Shown piece by piece: positions 9,975-19,892 of a DNA stretch of 64,000 nt. The position numbers were made by a program, and so were the translations under genes. Numbering within the stretch: position 1 is the first letter of the stretch; every line of letters starts with the position of its first letter. Under the pieces are notes generated by a model. That model saw only the letters and a program-made list of their open reading frames with translations. It searched no databases and was not told where the DNA came from. This DNA comes from Bdellovibrionales bacterium (GTDB lineage Bacteria > Bdellovibrionota > Bdellovibrionia > Bdellovibrionales > UBA1609): assembly GCA_027317865.1 (NCBI GenBank), contig DAHVQG010000001.1:64001-128000 (forward strand), given 5' to 3'.

Positions 9975-10243
9975 CTTTGTCCGAAGAACGGCAAACTCAT
10001 TTTGCACACCTCATCATCGACGGCATCTGGAATGACGATTTAGTTGATTACAGCGATGATGATGTGGCAATTAAAGTGGCCAAGCGCGCGATCGCAAAAT
10101 TTGTCGCTGAAATGGAAGAAATTGACAAAAAAGCGAAAGCCATGGTGGCCTCACTTAAGCGTGGAGTTCCCGAGGGTTCACCGGAATGGGACGTTCTCTA
10201 CGCAAAATATTTAGAGGAAGAACTTCGCCGTCGCGGCAACTAA
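9971..10243 (+). CDS. DUF507-like protein
   Basis: SLKRGVPEGSPEWDVLYAKYLEEEL motif; overlaps the upstream paralog. Confidence 0.8.
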   Translation: MTLSEERQTHFAHLIIDGIWNDDLVDYSDDDVAIKVAKRAIAKFVAEMEEIDKKAKAMVASLKRGVPEGSPEWDVLYAKYLEEELRRRGN

Positions 10244-10255
10244 TTGAGGATTGTT

Positions 10256-11764
10256 ATGAGTGTGAAACTGAAATCTTTGGTGCGGTTTTTTGCGGTAGTT
10301 TTCGTAATCGTCGGCGCGAGCGCAATTTCCAAGGCCGCGTACGCGGGTATTGAATGGCACGGACTTTATCGCGTTGAAGGGTACGCCATCAACGACCCGG
10401 AACTCGATACCTCGGTAGCAAGGGGTAAAGATTACGGCGTGCAAACGCTTATTTTGCGGCCCGAGTTTGTCGCAGCTGACGGGGTCTATATTTTTTCGCA
10501 GTTTAACGTGATGAACAGCAATGCGGGCGGTAACAATTTGGGCGCTGTTTTTGGCGACGGAGTAGGGGCCAACGGTAGTCAGCCGGGTACAGGTACTTCA
10601 AATAGTTCCGCAATATCAACCTATGAAAAATCAGAAGATTTTGTTGTAACCGAATTTTATTTGGAATTGAAGCAGGAGTTCGGCGAACTGTTTGCCGGCC
10701 GCATGCCGATTAATTTCGGTCTTGGCATGAGTTACAGCGATGGGGACGGATTATTCGATCACTATGTTGATACCCGAGACATGGTGGCGTATAAAATTCA
10801 CATCGGCAATTTTTATGTCATGCCGATGTTTGGCAAAGTGGCTGACACCGATTTCTCCGGCGCCGACGGCGTCAATGAATGGGACTTAGAGGCGCAGTAC
10901 AACAACCCGGATTCGAATTCGCAAATCGGCATTTTTTATCAAAACCGCATGGCTTCGCCAGCGGGCAATGATACCCCACAGTACGCCGTGAGTACGACGG
11001 CTCAACCCAACACCGTGCAAGCTGACCGGTTGGATATTAAGAACATCAGCGTATTTTTTAAGAAGACTGAAAAAAACTACAACGTCGGATTTGAAGCCTG
11101 CCAGCAAAGTGGAAATTTCGGCGTTGACAACTCCGCCGGTGCAAATGTGAAACTTGGCGGATTCGGCGCGGTTTTACAATACAACTATGCGCCGACGACA
11201 AGTCTGTGGGGTTTTGGTTTAAAATCGGGTTATGCGACCGGTAACGATCCTAAAACCGACAATGAATATGACGGCTTTTTCTTCAACCGCAATTATCACG
11301 TCGCGATGTTACTGTTTAGTCAACCGCTGGGCCGGGCAGACCTATTGCACACGGCTTTGTACGGCCGCCAAGATGCTTTGGGTAACCAAGGTAGTGGGCC
11401 CTCCAACACACCGTCGACTGAAGATTCGGCTGATACCGAAGCCCTTTCGAACGCCTATTTTGTTTCTCCAAGTGTTTCAAGAAAATTTGGCGAACGGTGG
11501 AAGGGCATCGCGACTCTTACGGGCGCATGGCTGAACAATACAACCGTGGTTGACGGGACCCCCGGGACGAGTTTGAATTATTATACAGTGAATAGTGATT
11601 TAGGCTACGAAGTTGACCTAACAGCAGATTATCAAATTAGTAAAAATATCATGTGGCAGAATGAAGTGGGGGTCATGTTACCGGGCAAAGCCTGGACCGT
11701 GGATGGACAGTTTAAAAACAGTATGACTTATGGTTTGTTATCGAGAGCAGCCGTCAGCTTCTAA
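10256..11764 (+). CDS. Outer-membrane beta-barrel (porin-like) protein
   Basis: Signal peptide, GRMPINFGLG, amphipathic strands, DLGYEVD, C-terminal Phe. Confidence 0.8.
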   Translation: MSVKLKSLVRFFAVVFVIVGASAISKAAYAGIEWHGLYRVEGYAINDPELDTSVARGKDYGVQTLILRPEFVAADGVYIFSQFNVMNSNAGGNNLGAVFGDGVGANGSQPGTGTSNSSAISTYEKSEDFVVTEFYLELKQEFGELFAGRMPINFGLGMSYSDGDGLFDHYVDTRDMVAYKIHIGNFYVMPMFGKVADTDFSGADGVNEWDLEAQYNNPDSNSQIGIFYQNRMASPAGNDTPQYAVSTTAQPNTVQADRLDIKNISVFFKKTEKNYNVGFEACQQSGNFGVDNSAGANVKLGGFGAVLQYNYAPTTSLWGFGLKSGYATGNDPKTDNEYDGFFFNRNYHVAMLLFSQPLGRADLLHTALYGRQDALGNQGSGPSNTPSTEDSADTEALSNAYFVSPSVSRKFGERWKGIATLTGAWLNNTTVVDGTPGTSLNYYTVNSDLGYEVDLTADYQISKNIMWQNEVGVMLPGKAWTVDGQFKNSMTYGLLSRAAVSF

Positions 11765-11799
11765 GTATCAACTTATGCGCGCAACATTGTTTTTACATC

Positions 11800-11915
11800 T
11801 GAGCAGTGGCGACTAAAGACTGACAACTGGCAATGGCGGCTGCGAGCCCGAGGACGCTCCCGAACAGGGAAGTCGTGAGGGCACCCAGGGGGGATTTTTC
11901 TCCCCTGGGCTTTTT
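11800..11915 (+). ncRNA. Candidate structured RNA or attenuator leader ending in an intrinsic terminator
   Basis: Bulged hairpin GCCC-GAG-GAC-GC-TCCC-GAACA-GGGA-A-GTC-GTGA-GGGC followed by a terminator; 5' boundary approximate. Confidence 0.4.
11884..11915 (+). terminator. Rho-independent terminator
   Basis: CCCAGGGGGGA-TTTTTC-TCCCCTGGG-CTTTTT. Confidence 0.8.
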
Positions 11916-11947
11916 AAAAATAAAACATCAACATGCGGAGGATTTCA

Positions 11948-12427
11948 ATGCGTAAGATTGTGACATTTATGGTTTGCACGTTAGCGTTAACCTTTTCTAG
12001 CTTGGCATGGGCAAGGCTTCTTCATCCTTTGGGAGTTGGGGTCGTCATCGGTACAACTACAGGGTTCACTGCCAAATACATTCAAGATCGCAAGATCGCC
12101 TATGACGGCACTCTCGGTTGGGGTGACGGCGATAATTTTCGCCTAAGCGGCGATATGCTTTGGCAAAAGCCGCGACTCTTTGTTGCGAATGAGCAGCCGT
12201 TTGACGGTTACTTAGGGGTTGGAGCCCGACTTCGTGATCGCGGGCAAAATAGCAGCAACAGTAACAACAACGGTGCGGAATTTGGCCCGGAAGGCATCGG
12301 CGGAATTAGCTATATGTTTCACAAACCGCGGGTCGAAGTATTTGGTCAACTCGGGCTCGTGATGGATATTATTCCCTCCACAGACGCGGATGTCGAAGTT
12401 GGCATTGGCGGCCGTTATTACTTCTAG
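11948..12427 (+). CDS. Small outer-membrane beta-barrel protein (DUF3996-like)
   Basis: GGAGG RBS, signal peptide, LGVGVVIGTTTGFTAK, ends GIGGRYYF. Confidence 0.75.
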   Translation: MRKIVTFMVCTLALTFSSLAWARLLHPLGVGVVIGTTTGFTAKYIQDRKIAYDGTLGWGDGDNFRLSGDMLWQKPRLFVANEQPFDGYLGVGARLRDRGQNSSNSNNNGAEFGPEGIGGISYMFHKPRVEVFGQLGLVMDIIPSTDADVEVGIGGRYYF

Positions 12428-12462
12428 CCACTCGACATCTTCATTGTAACGGCAGCGAAAAT

Positions 12463-12496
12463 AAAAAACCGTGGCTGCATTTTAATACAGCCACGG
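12463..12496 (-). terminator. Rho-independent terminator downstream of 12570..14375
   Basis: CCGTGGCTG-TATTAAAATG-CAGCCACGG-TTTTTT on the minus strand. Confidence 0.85.
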
Positions 12497-12569
12497 CCGA
12501 AGGAGGGGGTTCAGCCGACCCTACTACCGCAAGGTCGCCTGTTTGTTGTTGGGTAAGTATCAAATTAAA

Positions 12570-14375
12570 TTAGCTGCCAATTCCACTGCGGCAATAACCT
12601 GGGCCTATACCGTGCGTGCACTGCCATGGATCATTCACTGCAAATGGTGTTGGTATTTCGGGGTTCGCAAATTGCGGACGAAATTGTGCTCGAATCGAAT
12701 TCGGCGCGCTGTTAAACGTTGACGATGGAGCAAATGTTGATCCTCCAAAGGTGGTGTTCATAGGCCCAGCGAAATTATTCGGCACAAATGGCCGGTTAAT
12801 TTGCGCGAACTGATTAACTGGTGGCGCGAACTGATTCGGCATCATTGGCGCGTTCGGCATCACCGGACGATTTGCTGCGAACTGGTTCGGAGCGAATTGA
12901 TTGGGCGCAAACTGGCCGTTGAACGGCATGCGGCCGTTCATATTCATGTTCATATTGTTCATGTTGTTGTAACCACCGTTAAATTGCGACAAAAGAGCGC
13001 GAGCGCTGGTTCGACCGCTGGCGCCACGATTCATGCTGATTCCATTCATGTTATTGACGCCAGGTATGCCTTGGTTTGCTGGCGCCGGGTTTTGACTGGT
13101 TTGTTCTTCTTCTTGCGCAAGTTTTAAAATTACTGGCGAAAGGCGATTGTATTCGTTGGCCACCGACGATGAGCAGGCGAAATCCGTGTTCGCTAAGTTT
13201 GCACAAGTGCGGCTACCGCCGTTTTTCCATTTTTCCACGATTGCAATGATGGGATCGTGAAAATTCGCTTGGATTCTATTAAATGCCGCTTGAGCTTGAT
13301 ATTGACCCATTGGCCCCATCGCCATGTAGTTCGGCAAATTCGCTTGGTATTGTTTGAGGTTTGCGACGTATTGTGGGCCAAGCGTTTTTATTTTATTCGC
13401 GTCGCGAGCAAAATCTTTGAGAACACTAAGATAATTTTCAAGTTGACTGCCATTAACGGCATCAGCCAACGCATTTAGGCTGTGTCGAGCCTTGCTGCGT
13501 GTACTCGAATCGTTACTAATGAGGTCCCGGCCGATATATTGTTTAAGGACTTTTTGGAGGGCCGTCAGCCGCTCTTTTCGAGGTAATGCTGAAATTCTTC
13601 GGCCAAAGCACGCCATGCGATCGGACCCATGTAACTTGTTACCGTACGCATCGACTTGGCATGAGACGCGTTCTTTCACTGCTGTTCTGATATCTGCACT
13701 TTCGTTTTTGAGAGATTTAAGTTCGATTGCGAGGGATTGAGTGCTGTCGCATCCAAAATCACTGCATCCTGAGTAGGTCACATTAACCTTATAATCTGTT
13801 TTCGCTAATGTCATTGGCGTACAGTTTGTGCCGTTGCTATCGCACTCTTCGCCAGCTTCGGTTCTTGTTACAGCTTGCGGTTTACCCCACTTATAGTAGG
13901 TGCTTGAAATGCCATTGCTATATACGTGTGGTTTGCGTTCACCGCTGTTAAATGGAATAAAAATTTTGCCGGCATTTTTGCTGCTTGCGGCTTGGTTCGC
14001 AGCATTACCGTTACTACTGCCCGGTGCTCTAATGTGCGGGGCAGTCCTTGAATTTTTATTCGTGGTTTTTGCCATTTTTTTCTTGTGCGGTGGAACTTGT
14101 TTGCCGGGGCACAGACCATGGCACATGTGTTGAGTATTTTTGACTGCACCTATCATATGGGTGATCTGTTGGGGCGACGGTGAACAAGTCAGGTATGCAT
14201 TCACACGTTGTGCACCCCGTTTACCGGCTGGCCTCATTTTCATGAGATGTATTGCGTGCGCGACCTGAACATTGGTACACGGATTAAGTGCCCACGCCGC
14301 TTGGCCCACAATCATGAGGGCAACGATCAAAATTCCATAAATTATGGAGTGATCGTTTAAGTTAAACTTTTTCAT
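12570..14375 (-). CDS. Secreted Cys-containing protein with a C-terminal N/M/Q/F/P low-complexity region
   Basis: AGGAGG RBS, signal peptide ending AWA, many Cys, NQFAP repeats and NMNMNMN. Confidence 0.8.
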   Translation of the reverse strand: MKKFNLNDHSIIYGILIVALMIVGQAAWALNPCTNVQVAHAIHLMKMRPAGKRGAQRVNAYLTCSPSPQQITHMIGAVKNTQHMCHGLCPGKQVPPHKKKMAKTTNKNSRTAPHIRAPGSSNGNAANQAASSKNAGKIFIPFNSGERKPHVYSNGISSTYYKWGKPQAVTRTEAGEECDSNGTNCTPMTLAKTDYKVNVTYSGCSDFGCDSTQSLAIELKSLKNESADIRTAVKERVSCQVDAYGNKLHGSDRMACFGRRISALPRKERLTALQKVLKQYIGRDLISNDSSTRSKARHSLNALADAVNGSQLENYLSVLKDFARDANKIKTLGPQYVANLKQYQANLPNYMAMGPMGQYQAQAAFNRIQANFHDPIIAIVEKWKNGGSRTCANLANTDFACSSSVANEYNRLSPVILKLAQEEEQTSQNPAPANQGIPGVNNMNGISMNRGASGRTSARALLSQFNGGYNNMNNMNMNMNGRMPFNGQFAPNQFAPNQFAANRPVMPNAPMMPNQFAPPVNQFAQINRPFVPNNFAGPMNTTFGGSTFAPSSTFNSAPNSIRAQFRPQFANPEIPTPFAVNDPWQCTHGIGPGYCRSGIGS

Positions 14376-14712
14376 CTTGTCCTCCTTCTGGACATGCTTC
14401 CCTAACCTTCAATAAAACAAAAATCGCTCCGAAATCGGCATGTCGATGCCAGGCAGATAACTGATCGAATTTACTGCGAGAAATTAAATGCTGTAGCATT
14501 GTCAAAAAGATGAACACGTGCCGAACTTTTAAGTGCCGGGGCGTTTTTGAAAGTCGGCTTTCAAGGAATTCAAATAGTTACACGCTGTCGTCATGTGAGA
14601 TCAGAAAGTGCCGAAACATGGCGCCGCAACTAGTCTGGTTGCCGAAAATTGACACTGATTTTTGTAAATGAGACATCTAAAGCCGCAAAATGCGATTACG
14701 TGACTCCTCAAT

Positions 14713-14729
14713 TCGGCATCCGAATTGCT
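14713..14729 (+). promoter_or_regulatory. Putative sigma54 promoter for 14781..16286
   Basis: TCGGCATCCGAATTGCT with exact GG-N10-GC spacing. Confidence 0.65.
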
Positions 14730-14780
14730 GTTTTTTGACCCGTAGCTTAGTGCCATAGCTTTATTTAAAGGAGCCGATCC

Positions 14781-16286
14781 ATGTTTTTACGCAAAAACCA
14801 TTCGTCAACTGTGTTGTCTAATCTGACTTTTTTTGGGGCTGCCCTAATGGCTCTTGCGGTGTTACCTGGCTGCGGTGGTGGTCATTCTGCGAACGAAGTA
14901 CAGCTTTGGAAGACCCGTTTGCAAAAAGTTTGTTCATCGACAAATGCGCTCAATATAAATAAGGACATGCAAGATACTCTTCAAAAGCTGAGTAATATTG
15001 GGCCCTCCTGGGTTGTGCGCACGGTTTTGGTATCGGATAGCGCCGAAAGTCTCACCGCTAAAAATTTAACACCGCCCGATATCACGATTTACAGCCAACT
15101 CCCGGTACAAAATACGGCCACGCAGTTGAATCAAGCAAATGCAATGCAAGTCAATTCTCCCGACCTTATGCACGTCACGTTGAACTGCAACACGCTTATG
15201 GCGACTTATTTTGGCCCTGGCGTGAATTCGCAAAGCGGAGTGACCGGTTTAATTAAAGAACCAACTAATAAGTGGACCGACAACGTTGGGGACCTCACCA
15301 AAACCGACCTCTATATCAGTGATGCAACGGATGAAATCGTCAATCCAACTACAAATAAGCCAACGCCGGTTAAAGTTGATATCCACATTCAAAAAGTTGT
15401 TCCCGATTATACTGACCCGACACAGGGCGAGCGTCAATGGGCCGAAGAAAAACAAAACGCCAACACTTACGGAATTCGCACTTATACAATTACAATCACA
15501 CAAAAACTCCCGTGGACTCAACCGCGCAAGCTTGTCATTATGCAAACGGTAGAACCGAATCCGAACGCCACAGTGAAAGTTTCTGCTGATGTTTTGGCAA
15601 TGTATCTCGGTACTCTTCCGCCGACTTATGTCGCTCAAATGCTTAAGTCGACCAATCGCGAAATACGTAGACTCGGTAAGGCGGCAAGTGGTGGTGAAAA
15701 AGGACTCATCGCTTTTGTCCGCTCGGCGGGGAATAAGAAATTGTCGGTCGACATTAATATTTTAGAAGAAGCGCGAGCTGCGTTTGCGGCAGCGCATGCC
15801 TCCTTGCAAAAACAAAGAAGTACAAGCCGTGGCGCCAAAGCAAAACATCAGCCGCCCGCGACGTTGCAACCGGTTACAGTTGTGGCTCCGAATCAATCCG
15901 TTCTAAACAAGATCAAGTCTCAATCACAGGCGTTTATTCAATCGCTCAAACCGAAAACACTTAGTGCAAATGTGCAGATGATATCTGTGAAGAAGTTTTC
16001 GCCGAAAGAGCTTTTGCAGATTGATCATAGCGTTCTGACTGCAAATCTCAGCAGCCCGGCTAATGAGCAAGCTAAAGCTCCGGCGGCCGCAAAGGCGATT
16101 TCAACTGCAAACAATGCAATTTTGACTCAATCGCTTGCTGACGTGGCAAAAAAAGCGCAAACGCGCGAATCGAAGTTCGCGTCTAAAATTGCTAAGCAAC
16201 TCAGCTCGCAAATTCAATCGGCGAATTCGGCACAACCGGTAACTGTTTTGAATAAAGTAGTGATTACCGGAAACGAAGCTTATTAA
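14781..16286 (+). CDS. Hypothetical lipoprotein
   Basis: AAGGAG RBS, lipobox-like LPG-C, Ala/Lys/Gln-rich C-terminus. Confidence 0.75.
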   Translation: MFLRKNHSSTVLSNLTFFGAALMALAVLPGCGGGHSANEVQLWKTRLQKVCSSTNALNINKDMQDTLQKLSNIGPSWVVRTVLVSDSAESLTAKNLTPPDITIYSQLPVQNTATQLNQANAMQVNSPDLMHVTLNCNTLMATYFGPGVNSQSGVTGLIKEPTNKWTDNVGDLTKTDLYISDATDEIVNPTTNKPTPVKVDIHIQKVVPDYTDPTQGERQWAEEKQNANTYGIRTYTITITQKLPWTQPRKLVIMQTVEPNPNATVKVSADVLAMYLGTLPPTYVAQMLKSTNREIRRLGKAASGGEKGLIAFVRSAGNKKLSVDINILEEARAAFAAAHASLQKQRSTSRGAKAKHQPPATLQPVTVVAPNQSVLNKIKSQSQAFIQSLKPKTLSANVQMISVKKFSPKELLQIDHSVLTANLSSPANEQAKAPAAAKAISTANNAILTQSLADVAKKAQTRESKFASKIAKQLSSQIQSANSAQPVTVLNKVVITGNEAY

Positions 16287-16300
16287 TCGACCACGCCAAG

Positions 16301-18586
16301 TTAAACAATTTCAAGGCGCGCGTGTTTAGCCATAAATTTCTTTAGCGATTTATCGGCAAACAGTACTGACACTTTGGTCTGATCGCCACTGCCTTCTACT
16401 TGAAAAATTGAACCTACGCCAAAAACGGGGTGGCGTACGCGCTGTCCGCGTTTGAATGTCCCGCGCGCCGGCGACAACTCTTCAAAACTATCGTTGGTAA
16501 ACTCGTCGCGGGTGAATTCGTCGGCCTGCCAATGTGACGGCTCGGCAAGGGTCGTTTGCGCGGTACTGCCGTTACCGAATTTATCGATAAATCGCTTTAA
16601 AAACGCCGGCTGTTTCAATTTTGCGTTTGTCGTTAGATACTCGTCAGGGATTTCGCTTAAAAAACGGCTGTGCGGGCGTATTTCTTCTTCACCCCAGACG
16701 CGGCGTGAACGCGCATAACTCAAAAATAGGTTTTCGCGCGCACGAGTCATCCCGACGTAACAAAGCCGCCGTTCTTCTTCGAGGCGATCCGGTTCAGATT
16801 CATTAAGACTTTGCTCTGACGGGAAGAGCCCCTCCTCAAGGCCTACAATAAAAACATTTTTGAACTCGAGACCTTTTGATAAATGTAGCGTCATGAGCGT
16901 CACGGCATCTTGTTCGGGGTTGTCGCGATCCGCGTCTGAAACTAGCGCCATTTCTTCGAGAAATGCCGCAAGCGTTGCTTCGCTTTCGTCGCGTTCATTC
17001 TCAAATTGCAAAAGCGCATTTTGAAATTCTTCAAGGTTTTCAAGCCGTGCTTGCGCTTCGGGAGTGTTCTCTTCTTTAAGTTTCATTGCGTACTGGGTTT
17101 CGTCCAATATGCGCAGGTAAACTTCAGAAGGCGTGAGATTCGTCAGTTCAGCGCGCAGTTTATCCGTCATATGTCTGAAGTTTTGCAATTTATTGCAGGC
17201 GCCGGAGTGAACTAAGCGTTTGACGGCGACCTCTTGAGCTGCGTCGTAAGCAGAGATTTTATTTTGCGTGGCGAATTTCAAAACTTCATCAAGAGTCGTG
17301 CGGCCTATCCCGCGCGCGGGCGTGTTCACAATTCGAAAAAATGCGACATCGTCGGTCGGGTTGAGCAAGAGCCGCATGTAACAAATGACGTCTTTGATTT
17401 CTTTGCGCTCATAAAATTTGACCGTGCCAATCACGCGATAGGGGAGTGACTCGCTCCGCAACTGCTCTTCAAGCACGCGCGACTGAGCATTGGTGCGATA
17501 AAACACGGCTATGTCGTTGAGCTGATATTGGCGTGCCAAAATAAAATCACGAATTTTGCGCACGACAAATCGCGCTTCGTCGTATTCGTTATTTTCAGCT
17601 TGCACGGCGATTTTTGATCCGTGCGTATTTCGAGTGAAAAGAGTTTTGCTTTTGCGTTGCGTGTTTTTTGCGATCACATGCGATGCTGCTTCAACAATAT
17701 TTTTCGTTGAGCGGTAATTCTCTTCGAGTTTGACGATCTTCGTTTCAGGAAAATCTTTTTCAAAATCGAGAATGTTGCGGATATCCGCGCCGCGCCAGCT
17801 GTATATTGACTGATCTTCATCGCCAACCACACAAATGTTGCGATGTTTTTGGGCGAGCAATTTCACAATTAAATACTGTATGTGATTCGTGTCCTGATAT
17901 TCGTCGACGAGCACGTAATGAAATTGATTTTGGTAGGATTCGAGCACTTCTGGATACTTTTGTAAAATGGCGTGTGTTTTCAAAAGTAAATCGTCAAAAT
18001 CTACGGCATTGGCTCGCTTCATTTCGTCTTCGTAGATGCGATAGATTTCAAGAGTTGTTTCATCTAGCCGGAAGAAAGCGCTTGCCGACACTTTTTCGGG
18101 GGTAAGACCCAGCATTTTTGCCTGGCCGATCGAGTGGCGGATGGATTTTGGCACATAAACTTTGTCGTTTAGATTTAAATCTTCGCAAATACGTTTGATG
18201 AGGCTCAGTTGGTCGCTGTCATCATATATGACAAAAAAGGGTTGGTACCCCAGTCGGTGAATCTCTTCACGCAAAAAGCGGGCACAAAAGGAGTGAAAAG
18301 TCGATATCCACATCTCTTCGTGGATGGGTACGCCAGCTTGATGTAAAAGAGACTCTATGCGGGAACCCATTTCGCGCGCGGCTTTGTTGGTGAACGTAAC
18401 AGCCAAAACTTGCCCGGGAGTGGCTTCGCCTTGCAAAATTAGGTTTGCTACACGGTAAGTTAGAACCCGGGTCTTACCCGACCCAGCTCCCGCCAATATC
18501 AATAACGGGCCAGAAAGTGTCTGAACCGCCTCTAACTGTGCTGGATTGAGGTCATTTTGTAGTTGCTCTTGTTTCATTTGGCCCAT
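16301..18586 (-). CDS. uvrD: ATP-dependent DNA helicase UvrD/PcrA
   Basis: AGAGSGKT, VDEYQD, VGDEDQSIY, ENYRST, KGLEF, EEERRLCYVGMTRA, C-terminal Tudor domain (VRHPVFGVG). Confidence 0.96.
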   Translation of the reverse strand: MGQMKQEQLQNDLNPAQLEAVQTLSGPLLILAGAGSGKTRVLTYRVANLILQGEATPGQVLAVTFTNKAAREMGSRIESLLHQAGVPIHEEMWISTFHSFCARFLREEIHRLGYQPFFVIYDDSDQLSLIKRICEDLNLNDKVYVPKSIRHSIGQAKMLGLTPEKVSASAFFRLDETTLEIYRIYEDEMKRANAVDFDDLLLKTHAILQKYPEVLESYQNQFHYVLVDEYQDTNHIQYLIVKLLAQKHRNICVVGDEDQSIYSWRGADIRNILDFEKDFPETKIVKLEENYRSTKNIVEAASHVIAKNTQRKSKTLFTRNTHGSKIAVQAENNEYDEARFVVRKIRDFILARQYQLNDIAVFYRTNAQSRVLEEQLRSESLPYRVIGTVKFYERKEIKDVICYMRLLLNPTDDVAFFRIVNTPARGIGRTTLDEVLKFATQNKISAYDAAQEVAVKRLVHSGACNKLQNFRHMTDKLRAELTNLTPSEVYLRILDETQYAMKLKEENTPEAQARLENLEEFQNALLQFENERDESEATLAAFLEEMALVSDADRDNPEQDAVTLMTLHLSKGLEFKNVFIVGLEEGLFPSEQSLNESEPDRLEEERRLCYVGMTRARENLFLSYARSRRVWGEEEIRPHSRFLSEIPDEYLTTNAKLKQPAFLKRFIDKFGNGSTAQTTLAEPSHWQADEFTRDEFTNDSFEELSPARGTFKRGQRVRHPVFGVGSIFQVEGSGDQTKVSVLFADKSLKKFMAKHARLEIV

Positions 18587-18676
18587 GTTTTAGCATGCGG
18601 ACCCGCCCAAGCCCAGTTTCGACTTGATTTTTAGTGCGATTTCTAAGACAACCAAAGGCTCTATTAGGAGTTATGG

Positions 18677-18982
18677 ATGGCAAAACTCAGTTCGATTAAT
18701 AAAAACAACCGTCGACGTGAAAAGGCAACGAAGCACTGGAAGGCCCGCCGCGAATTGCGCGCGAAATCACTCGATTTGAAGCTTTCGGATGTAGAACGCG
18801 AGGCCGCGTTTTTAAAATTACAGAAAATGCCAAGAAATGGTTCGCCAATTCGCGTTGTTAACCGTTGTGCCATCACCGGCCGTCCGCGCGGCAATCTGAC
18901 CAAATTTGGCCTTTCACGGATTAAATTTCGCGAGTTGGCATTGCGTGGAAAGATCCCCGGCGTTACCAAGGCATCTTGGTAA
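18677..18982 (+). CDS. rpsN: 30S ribosomal protein S14 (long, Zn-independent type)
   Basis: [11 protein letters not shown]...[12 protein letters not shown]...IPGVTKASW; 101 aa. Confidence 0.97.
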   Translation: MAKLSSINKNNRRREKATKHWKARRELRAKSLDLKLSDVEREAAFLKLQKMPRNGSPIRVVNRCAITGRPRGNLTKFGLSRIKFRELALRGKIPGVTKASW

Positions 18983-18983
18983 C

Positions 18984-19769
18984 TTACCTTACAATTTTTT
19001 GAACGATTGCAGCGCTTACCGCTTTTGTGGCTAGAAGTTCGGTGCGGTAATCCATCGCGCCTTTTTGGCTCGCGAATAAACCTATGCTCACGCGAAACCA
19101 TTTTCTACCGCGTACCACGGCCGGTACATAAAATGCACTATACCCTTGTTTTTTAAGCTTTGCCGCTCGCGCGCGTGCCTGCCGTTGGTTGGCGTACGAG
19201 GCAATTTGCACGGTGTACTTACCAATCGCGGTTGTCGCAACGGGAGGCAATTGCATCGAAACATGGCGTTTCAGAAGTTTGCGAGCTTTTGCGGGGCTTA
19301 AATTATTTGCCACGCGATCGGCGGCATTGGCTTCAGAATTCGGACTTATTGAAGCAATGTTGCGGCTGTTTTGTAAGTTACTTTCGCTCGAGTTGAAATG
19401 CGTACGTTTTGTGTAGCCACTCAAGTGATTTGTAGAACCGTTCTGTGCAGTTGTTTGGTCTGCAGTCTGACTTGAAGCTTGAGCGTTTGCGCTCGCCGGC
19501 TCGCGTGCCGCATTGATAAATTCTTGAGCAAGACTCTTAGTTTGTTGATCGTTAATCGGCTTCGTTGCCGGATTGCTTGCTGTATTGTTCGCGTCGGCGA
19601 CCTGCGAATTACCATTAAACTGTAATTCGAGAGCCGCCTGGCGGTAGTTGCTGTCGCTTACTTGCTTACCGACATACGTTCCAACAGAAAAAGAAAGAAG
19701 AGAAATGAAGAATATGAGCACCAATTTAAATACGGTGTCGGCTTTCGAACCGCCGCCAGGATTAGACAT
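18984..19769 (-). CDS. SPOR-domain membrane protein
   Basis: N-terminal TM, low-complexity linker, YTVQIASY...WFRVSIGLF. Confidence 0.88.
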   Translation of the reverse strand: MSNPGGGSKADTVFKLVLIFFISLLSFSVGTYVGKQVSDSNYRQAALELQFNGNSQVADANNTASNPATKPINDQQTKSLAQEFINAAREPASANAQASSQTADQTTAQNGSTNHLSGYTKRTHFNSSESNLQNSRNIASISPNSEANAADRVANNLSPAKARKLLKRHVSMQLPPVATTAIGKYTVQIASYANQRQARARAAKLKKQGYSAFYVPAVVRGRKWFRVSIGLFASQKGAMDYRTELLATKAVSAAIVQKIVR

Positions 19770-19892
19770 AAAGACCCCCCAAACAATATAAAAGCTTTTT
19801 TACTCTCTATATTATATCGTACCGTTGCTAGGCAAGTTGGGTCAAATCTTTGCACACTTGACAAAAGACCTTCAACCATCAACCCTGCCGTC

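Noticed and set aside
11840-11890. 6S RNA or known riboswitch call
   Set aside because: GGGCACCCA is reminiscent of some 6S RNAs, but I could not build the long rod with a central bubble or match a known aptamer; kept only as an unassigned candidate
14436-14452. TGGCATCGACATGC as a sigma54 promoter for 12570..14375
   Set aside because: GG-to-GC spacing is one base short
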